DNA from: a virus
Taxonomy: Duplodnaviria > Heunggongvirae > Uroviricota > Caudoviricetes
Virus record (IMG/VR): IMGVR_UViG_2778261381_000004
Span: 1-25,763 of that record
Reading direction: 5' to 3' (one strand)
DNA: 25,763 nt
Part shown: positions 7,506 to 16,882 of the stretch, in pieces
Position numbering within the stretch: the stretch's first letter is position 1
Layout: every line of letters starts with the position of its first letter
Program-made: the position numbers and the translations under genes
Notes under the pieces: generated by a model
What the model was told of the DNA's origin: nothing
Seen by the model: only the letters and a program-made list of their open reading frames with translations
Databases searched by the model: none

Positions 7506-7815
7506 TTTTTACGCCATACGCGGCTAACCCCAAAAGCAGTGCAGTAATAATGAACGACGTTATTTTAGAAACAATGCCGCCAAAGAACCCACTGGAGATG
7601 GAATCTAACCGGTTAAGGAGCTTGTCCAGGTTGGAGTGTTGAATACTATGTTGCGCCGGGGTCATATCACCAAAGTAGGTTTTCAGCTGATCATTGACCT
7701 CCTGGCCAATTTCTTCACGTAGCTCTTTGCCTAATTTGCCAACAACCTCCCGAGCAACGATCGCGGCAATACGCTCAACTTGCTCTGTTGTAACGCCCGC
7801 CATCTCGTTCGACAT
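7492..7815 (-). CDS. Small membrane protein, possible holin
   Basis: 107 aa with a single C-terminal TM (ITSFIITALLLGLAAYGV). Overlaps the start of the endolysin candidate. The topology is atypical for classical holins. Confidence 0.3.
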   Translation of the reverse strand: MSNEMAGVTTEQVERIAAIVAREVVGKLGKELREEIGQEVNDQLKTYFGDMTPAQHSIQHSNLDKLLNRLDSISSGFFGGIVSKITSFIITALLLGLAAYGVKNGLQ

Positions 7816-7874
7816 GTTTTCCTCCGTGAAAAGTCAAATCGGGATGGCGGATTTATATCACACTTCTCCTTTTA

Positions 7875-7894
7875 ATTGTAGGTATATACTTACC
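7875..7894 (-). promoter_or_regulatory. Recurrent intergenic motif, site B (minus-strand reading GGTAAGTATATACCTACAAT)
   Basis: Seen in sequence. 18 of 20 positions identical to site E. About 60 nt upstream of the holin-like start. The 3' TACAAT could serve as a -10 element. Confidence 0.4.
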
Positions 7895-8018
7895 TACCTA
7901 TACATATACCGTTTAACGGTTGTTCATATTCGCATCTAGTAACTCACTAATATATCCCTATGATTGCGGCTGTGAAATCGCATTTTTAAACCACACAGCC
8001 ATATAAATAATGTCTAAA

Positions 8019-11000
8019 TCAGTTACTTGTTGCCCCAACAGTACCTGCAAATTTCAGCCATTGACCTGACGGACTTCTATTACTACGGTAGTGATAAACG
8101 AGGATTGCGTTTGTAATCCCACCATAGTCAGCTTTGTGTGACGTCGTTAAACGAATTGTATAATCACCGTTAGGTAGATTAAAAACTTCGATTATAGATT
8201 CTGCTAATTCTACAGCACCAAATCCCGTTATATTGTTGATACTGCCAGCATTGAATCCCATAGCATCGCCAAAGCCAATCCAATAACTTTTGCTAAACGC
8301 CCCATTTGATTTTAGGTGGCTAATGAATGCGGACAAGCTCATGCCCATATCCCCACCTGAAACAGAGGAAGTTCGCACAGTCATACTTGGAAGAGCACTG
8401 CTCTTCACATAGGAACTTAGAAGGTTTGTTACCTCTGTTTTCGTGTAAGCATTAAGGTTAGCCGCAGTCAAAGTTATATCGGCAGAGCCATCAAACGCCA
8501 CACCAGCAATTTTCCTTGCTGTCTGCAATTTTGTGGCGGTTGCGGCATTACCAGTAGTGTTCTGGTTCCCATCTGCATTCACACCTGGAATGCTGTCTTT
8601 TTTAGTATATATCTGAGTCCAGTCCTCTTCGAACCCATAGCCATCACGTGATGAACGGTAATACAATCCACCATTTTTATAATGCGCTCGGATTTGGAGA
8701 GTCCGACAACTACCTACGCCTATATAAAAATTTGCAACGATATAAGAATCCCCGGAGCGTGTAACATTATACGCACCTGATTCGGCATTCCACGGGACCG
8801 CACCACTAGCATCGGCATAAGTTCCAGTAGCGCGTCGAGCAAAAGCAGATACATTTGCAGCTGTTAGTGTTATATCAGCAGAACCATCAAAAGACACGCC
8901 GCTTATTTTTCTAGCAGTTTGCAACTTCGTAGCTGTTGAAGCATTACCGTTCAAACTACCATTTACGCCACCAGTAACATTTAGTCCATTACCAATGGAC
9001 ACAGCACCGCTGGTATTATTAATTGTAATAGGTCGCAAACCGTTCCATGAACCTAATGTGTCTCCTGATGCTGTTAGCATGAAATATGTGTTCGATCCAT
9101 CATTACGGATAAAGAACCCAAAGCTACCGTAAGCAATGCGGAAACCATTTGCATATTTTGAAACGATCTCACCAGAAGACGTTAATCCGCCAGTTAACGC
9201 TCCTCCAGATAGTGGTAAAGCTCCGACATCAGCCGCAGTAGGCTTGTTTTTAGTGTTATACGCTCTGCGCCATCCTGGTGAATAGCTCGTCCCGTTAAAT
9301 ACATAGATAAACTCCGCATTAGTGAGAGCACCAGAGACACTCGCCGTTGTGGCCGTTGTTATACGGATCGTATAATTGTTTGAGCTACTACCGTTATTAA
9401 ATACCTCTATAACAGCTCCTGCTAATGGAATAACGCCACAACCAGTTTCACTATTTGGTATGGTTGCACTATTGGCATAGGCCCACGCACATCGAGCAAT
9501 CCATGACTTTGTGTTAAATGCTCCATTATTTTGCAATAACGTCACTAACTGTGCTGTTGTTATTGCTCCGCCATTACTTCCTGTAGTTAACCAACCAGTA
9601 GGAGATGCCGGGCAACCTATATTTGCTGGCGACAAGGAAATATTTGCCGAGCCGTCAAACGACACCCCATTGATAGTACGCGCAGTCTGCAACTTCGTAG
9701 CAGTAGCCGCGTTGCCCGTTGTATTCTGATTACCAGTCGTATTAACACCTGGCAAATTAATATTCGCAGTACCATCAAAGCTCACGCCGCCGATAGTTCT
9801 TGCCGTCTGAAGTTTTGTAGCAGTTGCAGCATTACCAGTGGTGTTCTGATTACCCGTAGTGTTTACACCTGGAAGGTTAATATTTGCAGAACCGTCGAAA
9901 ACAACTCCACCGATAGATCTTGCCGTCTGCAATTTCGTGGCTGTACTTGCATTACCATTCAATGAACCAGTTAATCCACCTGTAACAGACAACGGACCTG
10001 AAACTGTTCCTCCGGTTGTTGGCAGTGCTCCAATATCTGATGGTGTAGGTTTCTGATGTGAGCTATACATCGTATAAACAACACCATCGGTAACGCTGGA
10101 AGGCTTACTCGCTGAATATGTTGGCGAGGTATAAATAGAAACTGTCGCATTTGCAGTACAATCCCAATGGATATTTACACGAGTCGCATAATTGCCAATC
10201 TCAACGTAAATATCATATGTATCGCCGGATGTGTTGATCCAGGCGAAATTCGTTAATCCGACAGCTGTACGCTTCCACAAAGCACCTGTAATCCCTTTGG
10301 GGTTTCCATTGCCTGCTCGTAGAACCAGTTCTGAAATGCCTGCCTGATGTGGGGAGCCGACGTTGTAACCAGCGCCACCAATCAATGCGATGTAAACGAT
10401 GGAACTCGCTTGTGGCATGGTAACCGTAGCCAGTTTGAACCACCCTGCCCCGCCAGAGAAAGACATCGTTACTGAATTTAAAGTACCAATATCTTTCGGC
10501 GTTAATGTGATATCCGCAGTCAGTGCTTTACCGTTAACTTTTCGGTTAGATGGCACCCTGCTATTCGCATTGTCATTGGCTGCTTTAACTGCTTTTGGCG
10601 TTGCGGCCAGCGATTCACTGGTGCTGTCGACAGCACTGCTAAGTTTCACAACACCTTTAGTTGTAAGGCTTGCGTCTTCCATCGCAACTGCACCGGCAAT
10701 CTCTTCAGCACGATCAGCAGCAGCTTCCGCACGGGTCGCAGCGGATTCAGCAGCAGTTTTGCTCTGAGATGCTGCCGTCGCACTGCCTGCCGCCTCTGTT
10801 GCTTTCGTGGATGCCGTCGTGGCACTGCCCTTCGCTGCTGACGCCTGTCTGGTCGCCTCATCTTTTGAAGCAGACGCAGATGATGCCGATGACGCCGCCG
10901 AACTGGCGGACGATGCGGCAGCCGTTTTTGAGGATTCTGCGCTGGTTTCCGACGCTTTCGCGTTCGTTTCGGATGTCTTCGCTGCGGAAGCAGACCTCGC

Positions 11001-12044
11001 TGCTGCGCTAGCCTGTTCAGTGGCTTCGCCAGCCTTCGTTGTGGCTGTTGAAGCAGACGATGCGGCACTTTCTGCCGATTTTCCGGCGGCGGTGGCACTG
11101 GCTGAGGCCTGCCCGGCACTTGTTGACGCGGCACTGGCAGACGACGCAGCCGCTGTTTTTGAGCCTGCCGCAGCTGAGGCACTCTGTGCTGCTGCCGTCT
11201 CAGAAGACTTAGCGTTCGTCTCGGACGTTTTTGCCGCCTTCGCGGAATTGCCTGCCGCTGTTGCCGAGGAGGCTGCACTACTGGCGCTCAAGGATGCGTT
11301 CGTTTCTGATGATTTCGCTGCCTCTTTTGAGGCCGCCGCATCCCGGGCTGAGGTGGCAGCTTCTGACGCTTTCGTGGTCGCGGTGGATGCAGAAGTGGCT
11401 GCTGATTGTTGTGACGCTGCGGCATTCGTTTCAGATTTTTTCGCAGCAGTTGCACTCGCACTTGCGGCACTTTGTGAGGATGCCGCAGCGGATGCACTTT
11501 GAGACGCTTGAGAGGCTTTTTCTCCAGCGGTATTGGCGCTTTCTGCTGCTGCGGCAGCACTGGCCGCTGCCTCACGAGCTTTGTCGCCAGCAGCATCAAT
11601 CGCGTCAGTGTTATTTTTATACCACTCAACGTTTTCGTTGTGCTCGTTGACGATCTGCATTAGCGGCTTAACGGTTACTTCTGTACCGTCTTCACGCTCG
11701 ATTGTCACCTCATCCAGAGCAGTCAACCAACTGCGCATAGACTTGGAATCAGCCGACATACGCGACATTAGTGCTGTAAAGCGCGCGCTAAACTGTGTTA
11801 AGTCGCCTTCATAGGTCGTAATGATTCGGCACGGAACCTCAGACTGAGTTTCGCCGGTATAAGGTTCTGAGAGAACAATATTCGTATCGCTTATTACGCG
11901 CTTGATCTCATACAGCTTATTGTCGGGGCCAATGACGATCATCCCCGGCAACACACCATTAGCTGTTACGTTCCAGGCTGTCCCTGCCCCAACCAGAGTA
12001 TTGCTACCCTGTGTAAATGTGATAGTACCTTCCCTGTACCACAT
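8019..12044 (-). CDS. Side tail fibre protein
   Basis: 1341 aa. Conserved tail-fibre-like N-terminus, then a ~300 aa Ala/Ser/Thr-rich tract with repeated KxSETNA units, then at least five copies of a GN(A/Q)xTATKLQTAR-I-GV-FDGSA-I-L repeat. Confidence 0.85.
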   Translation of the reverse strand: MWYREGTITFTQGSNTLVGAGTAWNVTANGVLPGMIVIGPDNKLYEIKRVISDTNIVLSEPYTGETQSEVPCRIITTYEGDLTQFSARFTALMSRMSADSKSMRSWLTALDEVTIEREDGTEVTVKPLMQIVNEHNENVEWYKNNTDAIDAAGDKAREAAASAAAAAESANTAGEKASQASQSASAAASSQSAASASATAAKKSETNAAASQQSAATSASTATTKASEAATSARDAAASKEAAKSSETNASLSASSAASSATAAGNSAKAAKTSETNAKSSETAAAQSASAAAGSKTAAASSASAASTSAGQASASATAAGKSAESAASSASTATTKAGEATEQASAAARSASAAKTSETNAKASETSAESSKTAAASSASSAASSASSASASKDEATRQASAAKGSATTASTKATEAAGSATAASQSKTAAESAATRAEAAADRAEEIAGAVAMEDASLTTKGVVKLSSAVDSTSESLAATPKAVKAANDNANSRVPSNRKVNGKALTADITLTPKDIGTLNSVTMSFSGGAGWFKLATVTMPQASSIVYIALIGGAGYNVGSPHQAGISELVLRAGNGNPKGITGALWKRTAVGLTNFAWINTSGDTYDIYVEIGNYATRVNIHWDCTANATVSIYTSPTYSASKPSSVTDGVVYTMYSSHQKPTPSDIGALPTTGGTVSGPLSVTGGLTGSLNGNASTATKLQTARSIGGVVFDGSANINLPGVNTTGNQNTTGNAATATKLQTARTIGGVSFDGTANINLPGVNTTGNQNTTGNAATATKLQTARTINGVSFDGSANISLSPANIGCPASPTGWLTTGSNGGAITTAQLVTLLQNNGAFNTKSWIARCAWAYANSATIPNSETGCGVIPLAGAVIEVFNNGSSSNNYTIRITTATTASVSGALTNAEFIYVFNGTSYSPGWRRAYNTKNKPTAADVGALPLSGGALTGGLTSSGEIVSKYANGFRIAYGSFGFFIRNDGSNTYFMLTASGDTLGSWNGLRPITINNTSGAVSIGNGLNVTGGVNGSLNGNASTATKLQTARKISGVSFDGSADITLTAANVSAFARRATGTYADASGAVPWNAESGAYNVTRSGDSYIVANFYIGVGSCRTLQIRAHYKNGGLYYRSSRDGYGFEEDWTQIYTKKDSIPGVNADGNQNTTGNAATATKLQTARKIAGVAFDGSADITLTAANLNAYTKTEVTNLLSSYVKSSALPSMTVRTSSVSGGDMGMSLSAFISHLKSNGAFSKSYWIGFGDAMGFNAGSINNITGFGAVELAESIIEVFNLPNGDYTIRLTTSHKADYGGITNAILVYHYRSNRSPSGQWLKFAGTVGATSN
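8460..9960 (-). repeat. Tail-fibre repeat copies within the fibre gene
   Basis: The protein unit NASTATKLQTAR...FDGSANINLPGVNTTGNQNTTG recurs with near-identical DNA (for example ...gcagcattaccagtggtgttctgattacc...) around 8500-8600, 8880-8960 and 9640-9960. Coordinates approximate. Confidence 0.6.
10700..11600 (-). repeat. Low-complexity Ala/Ser-rich coding tract of the tail fibre
   Basis: Corresponds to roughly residues 150-445 of the fibre protein. It generates several long spurious ORFs on the opposite strand and in other frames. Confidence 0.6.
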
Positions 12045-12060
12045 GTTGAATATGCTCCTT

Positions 12061-12086
12061 GATTTGGCGGGTTATCCTTGCCCGCC
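12061..12086 (-). promoter_or_regulatory. 5' leader stem-loop upstream of the tail fibre gene
   Basis: Seen in sequence: GGCGGG / CCCGCC inverted repeat with a 9-nt loop, lying between motif site C and the AAGGAG RBS of the fibre gene. Confidence 0.35.
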
Positions 12087-12104
12087 ATTAAGTAAATACT
12101 TACC
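12087..12104 (-). promoter_or_regulatory. Recurrent intergenic motif, site C (minus-strand reading GGTAAGTATTTACTTAAT)
   Basis: Seen in sequence. Shares GGTAAGTAT and TACTTA with sites B and E. About 45 nt upstream of the fibre start. Confidence 0.4.
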
Positions 12105-12137
12105 TATTTTTACCGATATAAAATTTTTTTTCCACCA

Positions 12138-15100
12138 TCACAGACGGCCAATTCTTACTCGTAGGACGTTGTTATCGTCATAAACGTCAATCCGCTGACC
12201 ATTTATAACCAATCTCCCATTGCCGCCGCTATTACCGTTGATCTCAAGCGTTCCATTTTTGCCGAACCGCCATCCAGATCTACCGCTAACAAAATTGGTA
12301 GATTGCAGATCGCCTACTTTTGCATTGGTGATTGTGCCATCCTTGATATACGCTCCATTCATATAGGCGATACTGTTTTCGATAACAAATGGCGTTGTGA
12401 TCTTCCCGTTAACAGAGTTGACCAAACCAAACCTGTCCGCCTGAACCAAAAACTGAGATAGCCCAGTGGTGTCAATACCAAGCGCAATACCGGCAACATA
12501 CTTCTGCCCTCCGCTCGTTGAAGTCTCCATTTTCAACGTCCACGCGGTTGATACTTTTTTGTTGGTATCAGCAATAGCTGTTGCCTGCTGTTGAATTGTC
12601 GCGGTATTTCCATCCACCTCTGCTTTCAGAGTATCGATTCGCCCACTCAGAGCATTATCTGCCTGCGTTCTCGCTGTCGTTTCAGTTGTGACCGCCGCAG
12701 AAATGTTGGCTGCTGTTTGAGACTCTAAGTTTGTGATTTGAGTCGCCAATGCAGCATCTTGCTCTGTACGCGTTTTCGTTTCGGTTGCTACAGCCGCTTT
12801 AATATCCTCTTTGTATTGAGAGGTCAGCTTGGTGATCTGAGACGACAACGCCGAGTCAGCATCAGTTCGAGCCTGCGTTTCAACTGCAACGGCCGCACTA
12901 ATATCTTTCGCTGTCTGTGCTTTTAAACTTGAAACCTCTTTTGTTAAAGCGGTATCACCATCTGCACGAGCCGTTGTTTCTCTGGCAAGAGACGCCTCGA
13001 GATCATTAGCTTTTGCTGTAAGAGACGTAATCTGGGTAGACAATGCACTATCGGCATCAGTCCTTGCTTTTGTCTCTACAGCAACCGCTGCGGCAATATC
13101 AGTTCCGGTTTGTGCTCGCAGGCTGTTAATTTCTCGTGAGAGCGCCTGGTCAGCACTTGCTCTGGCCTCCTGCTCCTGAGTGATGGCCGCGGATATATCA
13201 CCGTCAACCTTTGACTGAAGCTGGTTTATTTGTTTGGCTAACGCAGAGTCCCCGCTTGCTCGGGCCTCCTGCTCACTACGTATTGCAGCAGAAATATCAT
13301 CATCAACCTTTGCCTGAAGTTGGGTGATCTGGCTTGCCAGAGCCGAATCTTCCGTTGCTCGGGCTTCTTGCTCTTCCTTAATGGCTGCGACGATATCGTT
13401 GCTTACTTTCGACTCAAGCTGAGTGATCTGTGTCGTCAGAGCTTCATCGGCAGATGTACGAGCCTCCTGCTCTGTACTAATCGCCGCGCTGATATCTCCT
13501 TCAAACTTAGATTGCAGCTGAGTGACACGCTTTGCCAACGCTTCATCGCCATCGGCACGAGCGGTGGACTCTTCCAGAATACTGGCCTTAATGTCTTCGC
13601 CAATTTCTACGCGAATTTCCTCAACCTTCGTGGCCATTGCAGACATATCATCAGCAAAGGTTTTCTGTGTTGTTGCGATCTTCGCGTTATTGACCATCTG
13701 CTTGTGCTGGTCTTCATCTTGACGAAGAGCCAGGTCAATATTTGTTTTGGCTAACGCCTCAATGTTCGTAGTCAGTTCTGCACTGGCACGATCGACCTCT
13801 GCAACCGTCTTTTTCATTTCTTCAACGGCAGCGGAGCTTTCCTCTACCGTTGACTGCAACACTTCCAGTTGTTTAGCGTTTGCAGCATCGCCTTCAACAC
13901 GAGCCTCGCTTTCCTTAGCAATAAGAGCCGCCGCTTCATCTCTTGCAGCCTTTATTGCCTCGACTGTATTAGCGAGAGCTTTATCGTGTTCAGATACGGT
14001 GTTTTCGATTTCAACAATTGCAGCATCAGTAGCATCAATTTTTTCAAACGCTTCATTGACCTTGTCGATCGTTGCCGAAACCTCACCTTTAAGCTCGGTT
14101 TGTGCGTTCTCCAAAGCATCGCTACGCTCGTTGAATTTTATTTCAAAATCCGCGAGGTTATCGCTGAACTGCTTATCTAATTCAGCTATATCTTCCTTAA
14201 CGTCGTTTACCGCCCCCTCCAAAGATTCGACGCTCTGGTTGATATGCTCATTTAACTCGTCAACTGCTTCTTGAGAGGCTTTGCTGTTGATGTCCTCAAG
14301 CAGAGCCTGACCAAGCTCGGAAGATGTAATTTTGCCAGTCAGGAACGACAGTACATCGCGAGTTGTCGCCTCTGTACCCAAGTTTGAGTTCGGAGGACTT
14401 AACATACCTCGCTTGTTCGATGCTCGAACCCAGTAATACCACGTTTCGCTATCCCCAAGACCAGCATGTGTAAAGGTGGTGCTTGCAGACTCTGCGATCA
14501 GTTTCGCCGTATCCAGATTGTTGGTCTGGGATGCGTAAACATTAATGTGATCAAGGTCTACCGAATCTGGATTAACCCAATTCAGTATCACATTACGATA
14601 GTCTCCAACGGCCGTTAATGACGTTGGGGCATCCGGCGGTGTCATTGTGCCCAACACCTGATAAACGGTACTGATAATCTCTGTTTTTTTACCGTTGAAT
14701 GAAACCGCATACAGCTGGAAGTCGTAGCGTCCATTCTCCGCGACATTAACGATTTCGTATTGCTCTTCGGTTACACGCGCCGATTGCCAGTTCGATACAT
14801 TGTTTTCATCAGAACGTCGCCAACTGATCCAATACTCTGGAGATTTCCCTTCCCATGTTGCAGTCAGTTTTACTGACAGGTTGCCCGGGCTTGAGAGATA
14901 AGTCCCTTCAGTGATTTGCAGATTAGATGGCTTGGAGTAAGTTGGGTCCAATACCGTCGTATTCTGCGGGATCAGCGTTGCACCATTGTCGATTGCCTCA
15001 TATTTAGACGGATTGTTCTCAACAGCGGTGATGTCAAAGCTACCCGGCGTTTCCCCCTGCGCGATGTTAACGATGCGAACGCGCATAGGTTCGAGGTCTG

Positions 15101-16871
15101 GTTCTGTAATAGTCCAGACGCCGTTCAAAACAGGCGTTTCAGCCGAAGACAGGGCTTTTGAAAACGTAACTTTTGTTATATTTTCGCCAGTTTCAAGAAC
15201 ATCGCGTTCAACGATTTTGCCTTCCTGATTCAGTATTCGAATAAAGCAGCCGCCTTTGGCTAACGACACAGGCGCATCGAGTGTGACGCTGTTTTTGGTA
15301 AACGCCACAATTCGACCTGAGTTACGTTTGCCTGCGCGATATTTGTTCTGAATCAGAACGGTTTCACCAGGCATCAGAAATGACGCGTCTAAGCCGGCAG
15401 TAAATGTAATTACATCCGACTCCATTCTGGCGGTATATAAAAGCCACAAACCAACTCGGTGAGCCTGCCCTCGGCTTGTACAGCCAAATGCTACGACTTC
15501 TGTTTTACGCTCACCATAACGGCGCATTGCGTCCTGATCTTCGACGTACTCGATGTTTTGCTTATAACCGTCCTCCTTGTTGTTGTAGGTTACGAGCGCA
15601 ACGGATGGGCGATCTTTACGCGCAGAACCTTTATAGGTAAACAATCCATCTTTGACGTTAGAGTTGGTAAACATCATTACCGGATCTGATGGGCTATCCT
15701 GCATGATGTTAACCATCCCACCAGCCCAAAACACCATGCCGCGGAATGCTCCGGCAATATCCTGAATTAGCCGGTATGCGTCCTGTCGACTGGTGATCTG
15801 CGTATTGATTGCAAAGCGTTTCTCTTTGCCACCAAAGCCATCATCGACCTCTTCGTCACAATATCGACCAATCTGGTACAACTGGCCAAGGTCAATCATA
15901 GATTCCGACACATACTGACCAAGGCCATATCGAGCATTGGTCAGCAAATCAAAGAGAATCCACGCGGGGTTCGAAGAAGACAACAGCTTAAAAGTGCCAT
16001 CCCATACCCCAGCGTAAGTGTTACTGGACTCGTTATAGTTTGAAGGTACTCGAATTTTTAGGCCACGCACCAGATAAGAGCGAGATGGCATGGTGCTGCC
16101 GAATTGCTCAGAGTTTACCTTCAATCCAACCAAAACAGAGTTTGGATAGTTCATCGGTGTATCGACAATTTCCCCGATTGAATCCACCCATGTATCGTTA
16201 TAGAGATACTGGCTACTGTTATCATCGGTAATACGGACCACACGAACCTTGTATGCTCGTCCAGGCTTAGGCAGCTTCAGCTCATAGCTACGGTAATAAA
16301 CGCCGGTCTTCTTTGCTGTTAGCTTAATGCCAACGCTTTTTTCACCTTCAGCGACCACATCTACAAATGTTGAGTCGCCATTTGCTATCTGGAACTTGTA
16401 CTCAACAGTCGTACCGTTCGTGTCACCAGTTTTTTTATCTATGCTTCGCAAAGAAGGAAACTTCATGATGACACGAACCCGATCAGCTTCATCGTTATCG
16501 ATTGAAACCGTTACATAATGTGTTTTTTTTAACTGGATATTGACGGATTTAGGCGTTTCAACGAAATCAAAGCCAGACATTGGAGTCTGGTCTTGTGAAC
16601 CGTCGCGAAAATCCCATGTGATTCCGCTGAAGTTGGAGGAACCGTCTTCATTTACAATCGGCAGATCGTCGATAAAAATAGATCTTGCGCCATTTACTAA
16701 GCCGCCAATTACCCCTTCCCCAAGAAGATCGAGGATAGCGGCCATTGCACGAGAATTTACGGTATCGTCGGCTTCAACCGGTGTACGGCTGGAGCTTTTG
16801 CTGCTTTTTTTACCACCCGCACCGGCAATAAACAGCGGTAGCTTTTTCTTCTTGAACTGTTCCATGTTCAA
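12138..16871 (-). CDS. J: Host-specificity / central tail fibre protein, lambda J-like, with a long coiled-coil insertion
   Basis: 1577 aa. Blocks such as NYPNSVLVGLKVNSEQFGS...LVRGLKIRVPSNYNESSNTYAGVWDGTFK, AFGCTSRGQAHRVGLWLL and QKYVAGIALGID...SQFLV match lambda gpJ as I recall it. A ~570 aa block of ~33-aa tandem repeats lies between conserved J segments. Confidence 0.9.
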   Translation of the reverse strand: MNMEQFKKKKLPLFIAGAGGKKSSKSSSRTPVEADDTVNSRAMAAILDLLGEGVIGGLVNGARSIFIDDLPIVNEDGSSNFSGITWDFRDGSQDQTPMSGFDFVETPKSVNIQLKKTHYVTVSIDNDEADRVRVIMKFPSLRSIDKKTGDTNGTTVEYKFQIANGDSTFVDVVAEGEKSVGIKLTAKKTGVYYRSYELKLPKPGRAYKVRVVRITDDNSSQYLYNDTWVDSIGEIVDTPMNYPNSVLVGLKVNSEQFGSTMPSRSYLVRGLKIRVPSNYNESSNTYAGVWDGTFKLLSSSNPAWILFDLLTNARYGLGQYVSESMIDLGQLYQIGRYCDEEVDDGFGGKEKRFAINTQITSRQDAYRLIQDIAGAFRGMVFWAGGMVNIMQDSPSDPVMMFTNSNVKDGLFTYKGSARKDRPSVALVTYNNKEDGYKQNIEYVEDQDAMRRYGERKTEVVAFGCTSRGQAHRVGLWLLYTARMESDVITFTAGLDASFLMPGETVLIQNKYRAGKRNSGRIVAFTKNSVTLDAPVSLAKGGCFIRILNQEGKIVERDVLETGENITKVTFSKALSSAETPVLNGVWTITEPDLEPMRVRIVNIAQGETPGSFDITAVENNPSKYEAIDNGATLIPQNTTVLDPTYSKPSNLQITEGTYLSSPGNLSVKLTATWEGKSPEYWISWRRSDENNVSNWQSARVTEEQYEIVNVAENGRYDFQLYAVSFNGKKTEIISTVYQVLGTMTPPDAPTSLTAVGDYRNVILNWVNPDSVDLDHINVYASQTNNLDTAKLIAESASTTFTHAGLGDSETWYYWVRASNKRGMLSPPNSNLGTEATTRDVLSFLTGKITSSELGQALLEDINSKASQEAVDELNEHINQSVESLEGAVNDVKEDIAELDKQFSDNLADFEIKFNERSDALENAQTELKGEVSATIDKVNEAFEKIDATDAAIVEIENTVSEHDKALANTVEAIKAARDEAAALIAKESEARVEGDAANAKQLEVLQSTVEESSAAVEEMKKTVAEVDRASAELTTNIEALAKTNIDLALRQDEDQHKQMVNNAKIATTQKTFADDMSAMATKVEEIRVEIGEDIKASILEESTARADGDEALAKRVTQLQSKFEGDISAAISTEQEARTSADEALTTQITQLESKVSNDIVAAIKEEQEARATEDSALASQITQLQAKVDDDISAAIRSEQEARASGDSALAKQINQLQSKVDGDISAAITQEQEARASADQALSREINSLRAQTGTDIAAAVAVETKARTDADSALSTQITSLTAKANDLEASLARETTARADGDTALTKEVSSLKAQTAKDISAAVAVETQARTDADSALSSQITKLTSQYKEDIKAAVATETKTRTEQDAALATQITNLESQTAANISAAVTTETTARTQADNALSGRIDTLKAEVDGNTATIQQQATAIADTNKKVSTAWTLKMETSTSGGQKYVAGIALGIDTTGLSQFLVQADRFGLVNSVNGKITTPFVIENSIAYMNGAYIKDGTITNAKVGDLQSTNFVSGRSGWRFGKNGTLEINGNSGGNGRLVINGQRIDVYDDNNVLRVRIGRL
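12640..14300 (-). repeat. Tandem coiled-coil repeats (~99 nt / 33 aa period) within the J-like gene
   Basis: Protein repeats of the form DISAAI..EQEARA..DSALA.QI.QLQSKV, about 12 or more copies, also visible as periodic DNA similarity. Coordinates approximate. Confidence 0.6.
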
Positions 16872-16882
16872 AAAATCCTTGT

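Noticed and set aside
7940-8018. Possible terminator after the tail fibre gene (GGCTGTG ... CACAGCC, 7969-8001)
   Set aside because: The loop is about 19 nt and there is no clear U-tract on the coding strand; too weak to call.
10646-11650. Several long ORFs (10646..11278 minus, 10670..11011 plus, 10807..11502 plus, 11231..11650 plus, 11288..11629 minus) with Ala/Asp-, Arg/Gln/Pro- or Leu/Arg-rich translations
   Set aside because: They lie entirely inside the Ala/Ser-rich low-complexity tract of the tail fibre gene, on the opposite strand or in other frames. Low-complexity GC-rich repeats routinely lack stop codons in several frames; the translations have no protein-like features.
13320-14274. 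Plus-strand ORFs 13320..13754, 13522..13722, 13747..14274 and 13869..14180
   Set aside because: Antisense to the coiled-coil repeat block of the J-like gene; Ser/Ala/Cys-rich translations without motifs.
12640-14300. Regularly spaced ~99-nt repeats that could superficially resemble a repeat array
   Set aside because: The repeats are in frame within a long ORF and encode a coherent coiled-coil; there are no short conserved direct repeats separated by unique spacers, so this is not a CRISPR array.
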